From a bacterium (GTDB taxonomy: Bacteria > Sysuimicrobiota > Sysuimicrobiia > Sysuimicrobiales > Humicultoraceae): a DNA stretch of 64,000 bases. The DNA lies in assembly GCA_031082185.1 (NCBI GenBank), contig JAVHLI010000001.1:199127-263126 (forward strand), in the 5' to 3' direction. The notes below the pieces were generated by a model. It was given only the letters and a program-made list of their open reading frames with translations, did not search any database and had not been told where the DNA came from. Of the stretch, positions 36,124 through 45,413 are shown one piece after another; the first letter of the stretch is position 1; the number at the start of each line of letters is the position of its first letter. Position numbers and translations under genes: made by a program.

Positions 36124-37236
36124 CTAGAGCAACACCTCCGCGTCATCGCCGACCATGATGCGCAGCGCCTGGTTGTTGCCGCCCGGCCTCCGCACCGAGG
36201 CCCCCCGGCCGAGGATGCTGTCCTCCAACCGCTGCACGCCTTCCAGGCAGACCTTGTCGAGGAGCACACAGTGCTCGACCGAGGAGCGGCGAATTTGACA
36301 GCCGCGGCCTACGCTTGTGAAGGGCCCCACGTAGGCGTCCTCGATGAGCGCGTCTGAACCCACGACCGCGGGCCCCCGGATAGTGCTCCGGTGAACCGCG
36401 CAGCCAGGTTCAAGCAGGACGCGGCCGACGATATTGCTCTCACCATCGACCGTGCCTCGGATATCTCGCTGGACGAAGTCGTCCAGCACGACGCGGTTAG
36501 CTTCCAACAGATCGTCCTTCTTCCCGGTGTCCAGCCACCAGCCATCAAGGGTAGCGCTGCACACATGTCGACCCCGGTCCACCAGGCGCTGGATGGCATC
36601 GGTGATCTCCAGTTCTCCCCTCCAGGACGGTTCGATTTCATCGATCGCCTCATGGATGCGGGCGGCGAAGATGTACACGCCGACGAGGGCAAGATTACTG
36701 GGCGGCACTTGAGGTTTCTCCATCAGCCTCTTGACCCGACCGTGGCCGTCTAACACCCCGACACCGAACATGCGGGGGTCTGAGACCTCCTTCAGTAGAA
36801 CCAGAGCGTCCGCATCCCTCGACCGGAACTCCTCAACGTAGGATCGAATACCCTGACCAATTAGGTTGTCGCCCAGGTACATAACGAACGGATCGTCCTG
36901 GAGGAAGTCCCGGGCCACCTTCACGGCGTGGGCCAAGCCCAGGGGAGAAGATTGCTCGATGAACGTGAGGGCGAGATCCAGCCCCGCAGCAGTGACTGCT
37001 TTTCTTACCTGCGCACCGGTCTCTGGAGAGATCACGATTCCGACGTCTCGGATTCCCGCCTCGCGGATGTGCTCCAACACGTAGAATAGAATTGGCCGGT
37101 TCGCGACGGGGATCAGCTGCTTGGCCATCGTGAAAGTCAGGGGGCGAAGACGTGTTCCTCTTCCCCCTGCCAATACAAGCCCCTTCACGTGCGTATCACT
37201 TGGCCCGCCCAGACTTGTGCTGTCGCGCGTTTGCAC
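36124..37236 (-). CDS. rmlA: glucose-1-phosphate thymidylyltransferase, long form with C-terminal LbH domain. Likely start at the internal GTG near 37188.
   Basis: KGLVLAGGRGTRLRPLTFTMAKQLIPVANRPILFYVLE. C-terminal hexapeptide repeats. Confidence 0.75.
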   Translation of the reverse strand: MQTRDSTSLGGPSDTHVKGLVLAGGRGTRLRPLTFTMAKQLIPVANRPILFYVLEHIREAGIRDVGIVISPETGAQVRKAVTAAGLDLALTFIEQSSPLGLAHAVKVARDFLQDDPFVMYLGDNLIGQGIRSYVEEFRSRDADALVLLKEVSDPRMFGVGVLDGHGRVKRLMEKPQVPPSNLALVGVYIFAARIHEAIDEIEPSWRGELEITDAIQRLVDRGRHVCSATLDGWWLDTGKKDDLLEANRVVLDDFVQRDIRGTVDGESNIVGRVLLEPGCAVHRSTIRGPAVVGSDALIEDAYVGPFTSVGRGCQIRRSSVEHCVLLDKVCLEGVQRLEDSILGRGASVRRPGGNNQALRIMVGDDAEVLL

Positions 37237-37257
37237 AATGTGACTGCAGCGCCCGCT

Positions 37258-39405
37258 TCATCGCCCGCCTACCGCGGCCTTTCCCTTCCCTGCATCTTCC
37301 CCGCCCGCCTGATAGTAGCTGTAGTACCCGTAGTACCCCTTCCCTCGTCTACCAGGGGCGCCTGTCACCACCAACCCCAGCACCCGCGCGCCCACGGCCT
37401 CCAACTGCTGGCGGGCCCGGCGGGCGGCCTCGCGAGGGGTCTTCTCGAGGCGGACGAGCAGCAGCACGCCGTCGGCGGCCGGGGCAAGCACCGAGGCGTC
37501 GGTGACCGGTAGCACCGGTGGGGCGTCCAGTATTATGGCGTCCACCGCGGTGCGTCCGTGCTCGAGGAACGCCCGCATCTTCCGACTGCCCAGCAGCTCT
37601 GCCGGGTTGGGAGGTACGGTGCCGCCGGGCACGAACCAGAGGTTCTCCACCTTTGTTGGATGGAGGGCCCGGTCCGCGGGCAGGCCGTCCACCAGCAGCT
37701 CGGTGAGCCCGCCGGTGCCCTCGGGCTGGAAGGCCCAGCTCAGGCCGGGCCGGCGCAGGTCGCACTCGACCAGCCACACCCGGTGGCCCATCTGGGTGAA
37801 CACCACGGCCAGGTTGGCGGCCACCGTGCTCTTGGCCTCGTCCGGCCCCGGGCTGGTGACCAGCACGGTCCTCAGAGGCCGGTCGGGGCTCAGGTAGAGC
37901 AGGCTGGTGCGCAGGTGCCTGAAAGCTTCGGTGAAGGGCGAGTTCCGGTGCTCTTGTTCAATCATGGGGAATTCCGTCCCGCCCGGGTTACGGCGGCGAT
38001 GGTTCACCCACGGGATGGTGGCGAGCACGGGAAGGCCAAGGGACTGGCCTGCCTCGTCCGGTGTCTTGAAGGTCACGTCCAGTGACTCGAGGACGAACGC
38101 CCCACCGACCCCGAGCATCAGTCCGAGCATCAGGGCGAGCAGCATATTGAGGGCAGGCCGCGGCCGGACCGGGGCCTGCGGCGGGACTGCTGGATCCACC
38201 ACGCGCAGGTCGCCCACGATGGAGGCCTCCGCGATTCTGGCCTCCTGGAGCTTCTGCGAGAGCAGCAGGTATGTCTCCTCTGCGATCCTGAGGTCGCGCG
38301 TCAGGCGCGCCAGGGCCACCTCCCTGGGAGGGAGCGCCTGCACCTCCCTGGCGTATCGGCCCGCGGCGACAGCCAGTGCTGCCTCGCGGGCCTGCAGGGA
38401 CTGCCGCTCAACTTCAAGCTTGATGACCTGGCCGGCGATCTCCCGGTGCAGCGGGTTGAGGGCTGCGGTCTCGGTCGACAAGGTCCGCGCAACCTGCTGG
38501 CGCAGCAGTGCCTTGACCTCCTCGATGCGTGCATTGGTGGCCGCCACACGCGGGTGCCGGTCGGTGAACTGTTCGCGCAGCCCGGCCAGTTCCGTTTCGA
38601 GCTTGACCAGCTCGCTCCTCAGCCCGGCCGAGACCGGATCCTCGGCTGTCACGAACGCCGAGGGAATGGTGGCTTCCAGCTTCCCAAGCGATGCGCGCGC
38701 CTGGCGCAGGCCGGCCTCGGCCGCCTGACGCTCGGCCCCTGCCACGCGGCGCTGCGCCTCGAACTCGGCGAGCTTGTTCACGGCGATCCTGGTCTGCTCG
38801 GAGAGCGCGACCTGGCCAGCTTCGGTCTTGTAGACCGCGAGCGCGTTCTCGGCCGCGCTGAGCTCCTTCGTGAGCCCGACGAGCTGGCCCTCGATGAACT
38901 TCCTTCCGGCCGAGGCCTGGGTGCGGCGCGACTCGACGTGCCACGCCAGGAACGACTCGGCCACCGCGTTGGTGGCCGCCGCCGCATCCTGCGCCGTGGG
39001 CGCCTCGGCCTGGACGCGGATCAGGTCGGCTCCCCTGACCCGCTGCACCTTGAGCCCGTCTTGAAGCTTCTTGAGTTCCTTCTCGAGGTTGTCCTTGGAT
39101 GTGCCCAACCGCGCGAGCGCCCGCTCGCCCACGGACCGGCTCTTCATGATCTCGGCGAGCGTGTCCACGTAGGCCTGCTGACTCATGCCGGTGAAGTCGG
39201 GGATGAGGCCCAGGGCCGAGCCTCCGCGGTCCACGACTATCGTCGCGGTGGCCCTGTAGACCGGCGGGGTAATCAGGGTGCCGGCTACGGCAGCGGCAAC
39301 AGCCAAGCCCACGGCCGCGGCGATCAGCCACCACCTCCTGAGCAACACATTCAGGTAATCACTCAGCCCCGGCTCGCTCTCAGGCGAGCGCCCTTCAGAA
39401 CTCAT
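37258..39405 (-). CDS. wzc: polysaccharide co-polymerase / tyrosine autokinase (Wzc/GumC-type PCP2a)
   Basis: N-terminal TM + Wzz domain + coiled coil, second TM, then P-loop region LVTSPGPDEAKSTVAANLA and C-terminal tyrosine cluster GKGYYGYYSYYQ. Confidence 0.8.
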   Translation of the reverse strand: MSSEGRSPESEPGLSDYLNVLLRRWWLIAAAVGLAVAAAVAGTLITPPVYRATATIVVDRGGSALGLIPDFTGMSQQAYVDTLAEIMKSRSVGERALARLGTSKDNLEKELKKLQDGLKVQRVRGADLIRVQAEAPTAQDAAAATNAVAESFLAWHVESRRTQASAGRKFIEGQLVGLTKELSAAENALAVYKTEAGQVALSEQTRIAVNKLAEFEAQRRVAGAERQAAEAGLRQARASLGKLEATIPSAFVTAEDPVSAGLRSELVKLETELAGLREQFTDRHPRVAATNARIEEVKALLRQQVARTLSTETAALNPLHREIAGQVIKLEVERQSLQAREAALAVAAGRYAREVQALPPREVALARLTRDLRIAEETYLLLSQKLQEARIAEASIVGDLRVVDPAVPPQAPVRPRPALNMLLALMLGLMLGVGGAFVLESLDVTFKTPDEAGQSLGLPVLATIPWVNHRRRNPGGTEFPMIEQEHRNSPFTEAFRHLRTSLLYLSPDRPLRTVLVTSPGPDEAKSTVAANLAVVFTQMGHRVWLVECDLRRPGLSWAFQPEGTGGLTELLVDGLPADRALHPTKVENLWFVPGGTVPPNPAELLGSRKMRAFLEHGRTAVDAIILDAPPVLPVTDASVLAPAADGVLLLVRLEKTPREAARRARQQLEAVGARVLGLVVTGAPGRRGKGYYGYYSYYQAGGEDAGKGKAAVGGR

Positions 39406-40996
39406 GACGCGCCTCCCACCAGAAGTACCAGTCGTGCCGGTTCTGTCCGCTCACGTGCCCTGCATTGGATATTGCCGACCAGGTGAGACTCACGGCCTGT
39501 GACAGGCCGCCCCGCTGCATCCATGAATACCCGAGTCTGAGCGCGTGCGTGGTTTCGATCACGCCCCACATGTAGTGCCTGTCCCGCGCGTCGTCAGGAT
39601 CCGACCAGAACTGTCCCAGGCGCCCTTCGCCTTTGCGGACCAGATCGTATGCTACGCTGGCTGAGGCCTCCGCGGCCAGGCGCCGCGTCAGTTCAACCGT
39701 CCACAGCTCGCAGTCGGGCGCGCACCAGTGGCCCAGCGATCTGCCGTCCCGAACGTAGTCGTTGAGGTTGCGGGAGGTCGTGTAGGTCCAGTTGCTCACC
39801 CTGCTGTGCTCGAAGCGCAGATCGGAGCGCGTCAGGCCGAACGGATTGCTGAGTTGGGCGCCCAACAGGCCGCCGATGCGGTGGGGATAGGGATTGGGCT
39901 TTCCGATTCCCAGCGCGCCGAAGACGATGTCGTCGAAGAGGACCTCGCCGTAGGCCAGGACGCCCGGGCGGACCCGCCAGTCGAAGTCCAGGGTGAAGCT
40001 GTAGTTGTCGTCGAGACCTTGGCCGCGATAGCGGTTCCACAGGGAGAGCGCGTAGTTCAGGCCCGGGATAGGGTTGAAGATGTACGGCGCGTACAGGCCG
40101 CCCGTGCCCACAACCGTTTCTCCGAAGCCCAGCCGAAGGTTGTCGCGGGGCAGCCAGTCGTACCGCATCCCGTAGAGGACCCGGCCCACCTGGTAATCAA
40201 CGGGCGCCACAATCCTGGTCAGCCGGAGCGTGCCCCAGTTGGCCGTCAGCCGCACCGCCTCCAGCGGTCCCGCGTTGTCCGACAGCAGGAACGCCCCCCG
40301 CGAGCCCGGCCCCCACCACAGGGAGTCGCGCCCGGCCTGCGCGCGGACGCCCATCGTCTCACCGCTCACGTATGCCCGCGGCACGCCTCCGAGGCGGTCC
40401 GCGCCCCAGAGGAGGCCGCGCCTGATCTCAGTGCCCGCGGCCAGCGCAGGCCCCAGGCCCAGCACCGCGCGCGCCTCCAACTGGAGGAAGCTTCCCTCGG
40501 AGCGCTCGGGCCAGCGGTCGGTCCAGCGGGGCGTGCCTGCTTCCACCCGCGCCACCACCGCCCGCTCGAACTTCAGTCCCCAGCCGGTCACCGTGCTGGC
40601 CGCGGGCCCCATGGGTGGGTTGATGACCCGGTATCCCAGCAGGGCAAGCTCGTCGGAAAAGGCCAGCACCAGCGATTCCAGGTCCTCCAGGGATGATCGG
40701 GGCGCGGGCCGGCTTGGGCCGGCGCCCGAGGTCCGCTCGGCCGCCAGCCGTTCCAGCCCCCAGGCCACCATCTCCGCCAGCTCCATGCGGGTCAGCGGCC
40801 GGGCCGAGGCCGCCCACAGCGGCGCCAGCCCCCAGGCCGCCAGCCGGTAGAGCGTCTTGTATGCCCAGTGGTCCGCCGGAACCACCTCGAGCGGGAAGGC
40901 GCCGGCCGGCGTCACCGGCATAAGCCAGCCCGCCAGCGCCGCGGTCAGGCACACCGCGAGCAGGCGGCGCCGGGCGCCCGCGGACATCGCTCTCAC
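39395..40996 (-). CDS. secreted beta-rich outer-membrane protein, putatively Wzi-like capsule assembly protein
   Basis: Signal peptide (LLAVCLTAALAGWLMPVTPAGA), then ..PADHWAYKTLYRLAAWGL. Aromatic/Gly-rich barrel-like composition. Position between wzc and wza. Family call uncertain. Confidence 0.35.
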   Translation of the reverse strand: MRAMSAGARRRLLAVCLTAALAGWLMPVTPAGAFPLEVVPADHWAYKTLYRLAAWGLAPLWAASARPLTRMELAEMVAWGLERLAAERTSGAGPSRPAPRSSLEDLESLVLAFSDELALLGYRVINPPMGPAASTVTGWGLKFERAVVARVEAGTPRWTDRWPERSEGSFLQLEARAVLGLGPALAAGTEIRRGLLWGADRLGGVPRAYVSGETMGVRAQAGRDSLWWGPGSRGAFLLSDNAGPLEAVRLTANWGTLRLTRIVAPVDYQVGRVLYGMRYDWLPRDNLRLGFGETVVGTGGLYAPYIFNPIPGLNYALSLWNRYRGQGLDDNYSFTLDFDWRVRPGVLAYGEVLFDDIVFGALGIGKPNPYPHRIGGLLGAQLSNPFGLTRSDLRFEHSRVSNWTYTTSRNLNDYVRDGRSLGHWCAPDCELWTVELTRRLAAEASASVAYDLVRKGEGRLGQFWSDPDDARDRHYMWGVIETTHALRLGYSWMQRGGLSQAVSLTWSAISNAGHVSGQNRHDWYFWWEARHEF

Positions 40997-41934
40997 CGCA
41001 GCAGCGAGCGCAGATCGGCGATGCCCGTAAGGATGAGGACGATATTCTCCAGGGCCAGGGGATTGTCGGGCACGTACAACACGTCGCCCCGCTGCAGGAG
41101 CAAGTCGCGGGCCACGTCACCCGCACGCAGTATCTTGTACAGATCCACCGGGATCAGCCTGAGTGGCGGGCCTGCCTGGCGCGCTACGGTCACCGTGGCG
41201 AGCGGTAGGGGCTCGGCCGCGGCCTCGGCTCCGCGCCGGATCACGTGGGCTCGGCTCAGCATCGCGCGCCGCGTGGGCCCCCCGACCAATCCCAGGGCCT
41301 GCACCACCGTCATCGGCCCCCGCAGGGGTATCATCCCAGGCCGCGCCACCTCACCCAGCACATAGACCCGCGCGGTCAGGTCCTCAGGCACCACCAGCGT
41401 GTCTCCGGTCTCGAGACGCTGGTTGAGGGCCACCTCGCCGCGCAGCAGCAGCCGCTCCAGATCTATCACCACGGGCGGCGCCTGCCCGCGGCTGAGCCTG
41501 ATCTCGCCCAGGCCCGCGGCCTCGGTCAGCCCGCCGGCCGAGGCCAGGGCGTCGAGCACCGACGACCCCAGGCGCAGCTCGTGGACCCCGGGCCTCATCA
41601 CCTGGCCCAGCACCGTCACCCTGACGCGGCGGAACTCGCGCACGATGACCGCAACCTGGGGGTTTCTAATGAAGCGGGCGTAGAAGGGGACCAGCCGCTC
41701 GCGCAACTGCTCGGGCGTCAGCCCCGCGGCCCTGATCTCACCTACCAGCGGCAGTGAGATCATCCCGTCCGGCCGCACGGTGACGACGCGCGATAGGTCG
41801 TCGTTGCCGTAGACTGAGACCTCGACGACGTCCTCCGGCCCCAGGATGTAGGGTTGCTGGGCCCTGACAGGAACCGGGAGTAGCGTGGCGCCAATCAGGA
41901 TCAGCAGGGCGCCCGCTGCGAAGCGTAGGGTCAT
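40993..41934 (-). CDS. wza: polysaccharide export outer-membrane protein Wza (Poly_export + SLBB domains)
   Basis: Start MTLRFAAGALLILIGATLLPVPVRAQQ (signal). YILGPEDVVEVSVYG.........VRPDGMISLPLVGEIRAAGLT..QL. Confidence 0.8.
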   Translation of the reverse strand: MTLRFAAGALLILIGATLLPVPVRAQQPYILGPEDVVEVSVYGNDDLSRVVTVRPDGMISLPLVGEIRAAGLTPEQLRERLVPFYARFIRNPQVAVIVREFRRVRVTVLGQVMRPGVHELRLGSSVLDALASAGGLTEAAGLGEIRLSRGQAPPVVIDLERLLLRGEVALNQRLETGDTLVVPEDLTARVYVLGEVARPGMIPLRGPMTVVQALGLVGGPTRRAMLSRAHVIRRGAEAAAEPLPLATVTVARQAGPPLRLIPVDLYKILRAGDVARDLLLQRGDVLYVPDNPLALENIVLILTGIADLRSLLR

Positions 41935-42057
41935 AGTCTCACCAGGGGTTGGATTTCGGTGGGTAAAGCTCCGCCCAATACGGTGCGCCTTTTCGCGCGC
42001 CACCGCCGGAGGAGGAGGTGGATTTCCGACGCGCTCCAGACAACTATTCGTAGCCTT

Positions 42058-42067
42058 CCTTACCGCC
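42058..42067 (-). promoter_or_regulatory. ops/JUMPstart-like element GGCGGTAAGG on the transcribed-sense strand of the wza leader
   Basis: Reverse complement of ccttaccgcc gives GGCGGTAAGG (ops consensus GGCGGTAGnnTG). 5 nt downstream of the NusG-paralog stop, ~125 nt upstream of wza. Confidence 0.3.
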
Positions 42068-42071
42068 GTAC

Positions 42072-42626
42072 TTAGGCAACCTCCAGGTTGATTTCTTCCA
42101 CTTCCACGGGCGTGCTGTGGCCGAGGACCTCCATCAGCACCCGCACCCGGCCGGCCCGGGAAGTGTGCCGCTCGAAGATCCCCTCCAGACCGGCCAGCGG
42201 GCCGTCCAGCACGCGCACGTGCTGGCCAGCCCGCAGGCCCGAGCCCACGCGCACGAAGCCCGACTCCCCGGACCGCTCTCGGATTGCCTCGATCACATCC
42301 TCGTGAACCGGAAGCGGCCGCTCGCCGTCTCCCAGCAGCCGGCGGACGCCCGGTGTCCAGCGCACCGCATCCCACACCGACGGAGAGAGGCTCATCCTCA
42401 AGAACAGGTAGTTCGGGAACAGCGGCTCCAACACCGTGGCCCGGCGACCCCAGCGCCGCCGAATCACCTCCAGCCGCGGCGAGTAGGGCTCGACTTCCCC
42501 AGACCTGAGCCGCAACTGGGCCAGCACGCGCGACTCATGCCGGGGTTTGATGTGCGCCACATACCAGGCCGGGGCCTGCGTGGAAAGATCCACGGCGAGA
42601 CCCGACGCCGGTCTAGAGAGCCCCAT
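42072..42626 (-). CDS. NusG-family paralog (RfaH/UpxY/LoaP-like operon-specific antiterminator) with KOW domain
   Basis: WYVAHIKPRHESRVLAQL....VEPYSPRLEV....EPLFPNYLFLRM... KOW: GQHVRVLDGPLAGLEGIF. Start at Met45 of ORF 42072-42758. Confidence 0.65.
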   Translation of the reverse strand: MGLSRPASGLAVDLSTQAPAWYVAHIKPRHESRVLAQLRLRSGEVEPYSPRLEVIRRRWGRRATVLEPLFPNYLFLRMSLSPSVWDAVRWTPGVRRLLGDGERPLPVHEDVIEAIRERSGESGFVRVGSGLRAGQHVRVLDGPLAGLEGIFERHTSRAGRVRVLMEVLGHSTPVEVEEINLEVA

Positions 42627-43326
42627 TGCGGAACCCCATGGCGATGGCGCCGGCGCGGTTGCGCGCCCCGGTCTTGCGCAGTATGGAGCGCACGTGGGTC
42701 TTGACGGTGGGCACAGACACTTCGAGGCGGCGCGCGATCTGGGCGTCGGTCTCCCCATCGGCGATGGCGGCGAAGATTTCTGACTCCCGCCGGCTTAGCG
42801 CATTCAGTGTGCCGGCCAGGCCATGGTTGAATTCCTCCCGAAGGCCGAGCTGTTCCGGTGAGAGGGAGCAGTACAGCACGATCCGACCCCCTGCCACCGC
42901 CCTCAGAGCCCAGACGAGAACGTCCTGGGGTGCGTCCCGATGCAGGTAGCCCCAAAGGCCGCTGTTGAGGGCCGGGCCCAGTTCCTCACCGGCGCAATCC
43001 TCGGCCAGGACCAACAGCCGGGTGTGCGGCGAAGCTTCCCGCAACTGGTGGATGTGATCCAGTAGCGGGCCGTCCAACCTGTCGGCATCCAGCACCGCAA
43101 TGTCGGGCGCGGTCCGGCGGACGAAGGCCAGGGCCTCGGGGCCGACCGCTATTGCGCCCGCGACCTCCAGGTCAGGAGCATCGCGCAGGTACGTTACGAT
43201 CGGGATTCTGAATGCGCCTGCTGCCTCCAGCATCAGGACTGAGGAGACCGCCGGCTGAGACGAGTTCGGATGTGCCTCGGTCTGTCGGTTGCTGATTTCC
43301 AATCCAGACCTCACATGAGAAGGCAT
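42613..43326 (-). CDS. NarL/FixJ-family response regulator (REC + LuxR-type HTH)
   Basis: ..DIAVLDADRLDGPLLD.....RLLVL.. (REC-like). C-terminal LSRRESEIFAAIADGETDAQIARRLEVSVPTVKTHVRSILRK. Likely start at the internal MLEAAG. Confidence 0.7.
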   Translation of the reverse strand: MPSHVRSGLEISNRQTEAHPNSSQPAVSSVLMLEAAGAFRIPIVTYLRDAPDLEVAGAIAVGPEALAFVRRTAPDIAVLDADRLDGPLLDHIHQLREASPHTRLLVLAEDCAGEELGPALNSGLWGYLHRDAPQDVLVWALRAVAGGRIVLYCSLSPEQLGLREEFNHGLAGTLNALSRRESEIFAAIADGETDAQIARRLEVSVPTVKTHVRSILRKTGARNRAGAIAMGFRNGAL

Positions 43327-43441
43327 GAGACGGCAGCAACGGGATTCGTCGAACGGATCGCATCTCCTGCTGATGGCTTAGGGGAAAACCACTATTGACA
43401 GGCCCGCCCTCATCGAATGGATGAGCAGTGCCGCTCGCAAG

Positions 43442-43828
43442 CTAATCCGTTTGCGCGAGATCGCCGGCGAGCCCGAGGGAGTCCTCCAGAGCCCGGTCAA
43501 TCCGGCGCATCACCGCCGGTGGGAACCTCCCCAGGCGGCGGACGATCTCTGTGCGCGGCACCGTGGCCACGGTCTGGCAATCCACGACGCTGTCGAGCCT
43601 GAGGCCGGCCTGCTGCCCGGCCGGGCTGTCCTTCTCCACGACCACCTTACATGGCAGCCCGGTGTGTGAGCGCGTGCTCGTGATCGCGGCGATGATGACG
43701 GCGGCGCGCCGCTGGTTGTACCGGTCGGCCTGCACCACCACCGCCGGCCGCAGCTTGCGTTGCACCTTCCCCTCAGTCAGGAACGGGAACGCGAGCAGGA
43801 CGACGTCGCCTCTGGCGATCTCCATCAC
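43442..43828 (-). CDS. mazF: MazF/PemK-family toxin
   Basis: ARGDVVLLAFPF......KLRPAVVVQADRYNQRRAAVIIAAITS. Confidence 0.7.
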   Translation of the reverse strand: MMEIARGDVVLLAFPFLTEGKVQRKLRPAVVVQADRYNQRRAAVIIAAITSTRSHTGLPCKVVVEKDSPAGQQAGLRLDSVVDCQTVATVPRTEIVRRLGRFPPAVMRRIDRALEDSLGLAGDLAQTD

Positions 43829-43831
43829 CTC

Positions 43832-44059
43832 TCAAGCCTCGCCGTAGACATCCAGCGCGGGATCGTCCCACGCCTCAGCCAGCGCCTGCTGCTGGAGCCA
43901 TAGACCTTCGGGGCCGGTCCACGGGTTCGCCATCTCGGCGAACTCGTCGGCCACGAGATCCTCGACGACCTTTCCCATAGGCCGGTTGTGCTGGGCTGCC
44001 AGCAGCCTGAGCCGCTTGTGCGCCCCCTCGGAGACATAAACTATCTTCCCGCGTGGCAT
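43832..44059 (-). CDS. MazE-like antitoxin
   Basis: MPRGKIVYVSEGAHKRLRLLAAQHNRPMGKVVEDLV. Start at Met55 of ORF 43832-44221, 4 nt upstream of mazF. Confidence 0.55.
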   Translation of the reverse strand: MPRGKIVYVSEGAHKRLRLLAAQHNRPMGKVVEDLVADEFAEMANPWTGPEGLWLQQQALAEAWDDPALDVYGEA

Positions 44060-44114
44060 TGGTACCGCCCCCCTGCCCGGTGGTTCTCTGCATAAGTACC
44101 GAAAGCAGTAGTTG

Positions 44115-44136
44115 CTGTATATGCAGTATATACTGC
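44115..44136. promoter_or_regulatory. palindromic operator candidate upstream of mazE
   Basis: ctgtatatgcaGCAGTATATACTGC. Perfect 14-bp palindrome GCAGTATATACTGC with an adjacent half-site repeat. ~60-80 bp upstream of the mazE start on the minus strand. Confidence 0.4.
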
Positions 44137-44229
44137 GCCTGAGGTTCATGCAACGCATCCGTCCTGCCTGTTCTTTGCCGTCCCCGACAGCGATCACGGA
44201 TTGACGCTCCGCGTAACCCAATGTAGTAT

Positions 44230-44706
44230 ATGTCGTACGACCGGATCCGAACCGGCCATGCGCAGCCAGGCGGGAGGGGTGGAATAATGGCCACGGTCCA
44301 AAAGAGCCTACGGATTCCCGAGGACATCGCCAAGGCTATTGAGGAGTCGGCGCAGTCCACCGGACGAGACTTCTCGGCGGTCGCGAACGAACTCCTCGCC
44401 GAAGTGATCAAGATGCGCCGCTGCCCGGGGATCCTCTTTGCGGACGGTCCTACCGGCCGAAGGGCCCGTATCGCTGGCACAGGCCTCGACGTCTGGGAGG
44501 CCATCGCCACGTACAAGAGCCTCAAGAACGATCCCGAGCGTCTCCGCCACGCCTACCACTGGCTCTCGGAGATACAACTGCGGGCTGCGCTTGGTTACTA
44601 CGTCGCCTATCCGGAAGAGATCGAAGCCCAGATCCGACGGAACGAAGCCTGGACACAGGAGCGGCTCGCGCAGCGCTATCCCTCCTTGGCGGTGCGCGGC
44701 TCCTGA
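44230..44706 (+). CDS. DUF433-domain protein (third copy). Probable start ATG at 44287.
   Basis: [22 protein letters not shown]..(RHH-like)..[29 protein letters not shown]....[15 protein letters not shown]. Confidence 0.55.
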   Translation: MSYDRIRTGHAQPGGRGGIMATVQKSLRIPEDIAKAIEESAQSTGRDFSAVANELLAEVIKMRRCPGILFADGPTGRRARIAGTGLDVWEAIATYKSLKNDPERLRHAYHWLSEIQLRAALGYYVAYPEEIEAQIRRNEAWTQERLAQRYPSLAVRGS

Positions 44707-44750
44707 AGTACTACCTGGACGAAGACCTGAGCCCCACGGTCGCCGAGCTC

Positions 44751-45050
44751 TTGCGCGCGCGAGGCGTCGATGCCGTGAGCGCACACGAAGTCGGCGCGCA
44801 AGGCCTCTCGGATCTGGAGCAGCTCGACCGGGCGGCCCGCGAAGGGCGCTGCCTCGTCACACGTAACCGGGATGACTTCATCGCGCTCACGCTGCGCTTC
44901 TTCGCCGACGGGCGCCCTCATCCGGGGGTCCTGATCGTACCCCGCACGCTCCCGGGCGACCGCTTTCAACTCCTCGCCGATGTCCTCGGCCAGCATGCGG
45001 CGCGCCACCCCGCAGGCCTCCCCCCGTACACTCTCCATTTCCTCTCCTGA
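44751..45050 (+). CDS. DUF5615 (PIN-like) putative toxin. Frame is open upstream to ~44702 (..[17 protein letters not shown]..), so the real start is probably earlier.
   Basis: ..[46 protein letters not shown].. Confidence 0.5.
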   Translation: MRARGVDAVSAHEVGAQGLSDLEQLDRAAREGRCLVTRNRDDFIALTLRFFADGRPHPGVLIVPRTLPGDRFQLLADVLGQHAARHPAGLPPYTLHFLS

Positions 45051-45092
45051 CGGCCCGCGACCCTCGCCGCCAGTGGAGGCGGGCTCTCGTTC

Positions 45093-45145
45093 AGTATGAC
45101 CGATTCGCGCGGTAGGAATCCCCCGGCTTCAGGTGGGGGAGGATG
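45093..45145 (+). repeat. 53-bp remnant of a mazF 3' end (..DRFAR-TAG) plus hairpin CCCCCGGCTTCAGGTGGGGG
   Basis: Identical to the sequence flanking the 170-bp insertion at 5338-5353 + 5524-5560. Confidence 0.6.
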
Positions 45146-45413
45146 TCAACACGGATACCCTGACGGTATCGTCCACGACCAAGCCGTCTGCTGCAGCGCC
45201 AATGTACTCGAGCGAGATGAGGCGTCCATGCTGGTCGAACGCTGCGGTCACCCCCTCCCGGATCTCCTCGGTGTCCGCTTCGCGTGCCTCCTCACGCAGG
45301 AGCATGTACAGAACATCCGCAGCGCGCCACCGATCACTCCACGACCGTCCCTGAGCGCCTTCTGCCGCACCCGTCCACCCGGTCCGGCTTGACGATTCGT
45401 AACATCGACCCAC
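45129..45413 (-). pseudogene. truncated copy of the DUF2283 gene (cf. 6861-7091)
   Basis: ..ADVLYMLLREEAREADTEEIREGVTAAFDQHGRLISLEYIGAAADGLVVDDTVRVSV.. Lacks the MKVTYDPE start. Confidence 0.55.

Noticed and set aside
38446-39486. 346-aa plus-strand ORF and several other long ORFs antisense to wzc
   Set aside because: wzc on the minus strand has TM, Wzz, P-loop and Tyr-cluster features. The antisense frames are Arg/Gly-rich.
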